A DNA stretch of 53,916 bases from a virus. Its lineage: Duplodnaviria > Caudoviricetes. The stretch is from the IMG/VR virus record IMGVR_UViG_3300035438_000711, positions 1 through 53,916 of that record; one strand, given 5' to 3'. Positions 53,848-53,916 of this stretch are shown piece after piece. Made by a program: the position numbers and the translations under genes. Position 1 is the stretch's first letter; each line of letters opens with the position of its first letter. The notes beneath the pieces are model-generated. The model ran no database searches and was not told the origin of the DNA. It worked only from the letters and a program-made list of their open reading frames with translations.

Positions 53848-53916
53848 GTAGCCAAACTATTGGTCAGGGTAAAAAGGTCAGAGAACGCGGATTTGGGGCT
53901 GTGGAAAGGGGGGGGG
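53790..53916. repeat. Terminal direct repeat, right copy (assembly overlap)
   Basis: Identical to 1-127. Confidence 0.95.

Noticed and set aside
53790-53916. Biological direct terminal repeat
   Set aside because: Length of 127 matches an assembler k-mer, it overlaps a gene start, and the terminase/HNH type suggests cos ends.
1-53916. Alternative genetic code
   Set aside because: Core genes are intact in the standard code and TAA, TAG and TGA all serve as stops.

Overview
The window is an apparently complete, circularly permuted genome (53,789 bp plus a 127-bp assembler overlap) of a GC-rich temperate tailed phage, siphovirus-like with an HK97-type head. Almost all genes are on the minus strand; the only credible plus-strand gene is a tyrosine integrase next to a tRNA-derived attP. 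In transcription order the modules are: DNA modification (two ParB-like paralogues, a TET/JBP dioxygenase, a TET-associated glycosyltransferase); terminase, portal, protease and capsid; connector and tail genes with a -1 frameshifted chaperone and tape measure; a Cys-rich poly-Ser tail protein followed by three glycosyltransferases; phosphoesterase/Nmad1; integration; small early genes; replication (SNF2 helicase, primase-polymerase, SF1 helicase, VRR-NUC, beta clamp); four more glycosyltransferases; a membrane-protein and papain-protease cluster replacing a normal lysis cassette; a tail-fibre-like gene; and a variable region of small genes ending in a shared motif, then HNH. Highlights: (1) a TET/JBP plus glycosyltransferase cassette with no recognisable cytosine methylase, a candidate base-J-like thymine hypermodification system beside the terminase; (2) a cassette-like array punctuated by AAGAGCGCACT at stop codons; (3) a triplicated origin-like element; (4) a portal-HAD fusion; (5) a motif-permuted SNF2 helicase; (6) probable virion glycosylation. 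All family assignments come from motif recognition by eye, not database searches. The host cannot be determined here; a Planctomycetota-like host is only an impression.
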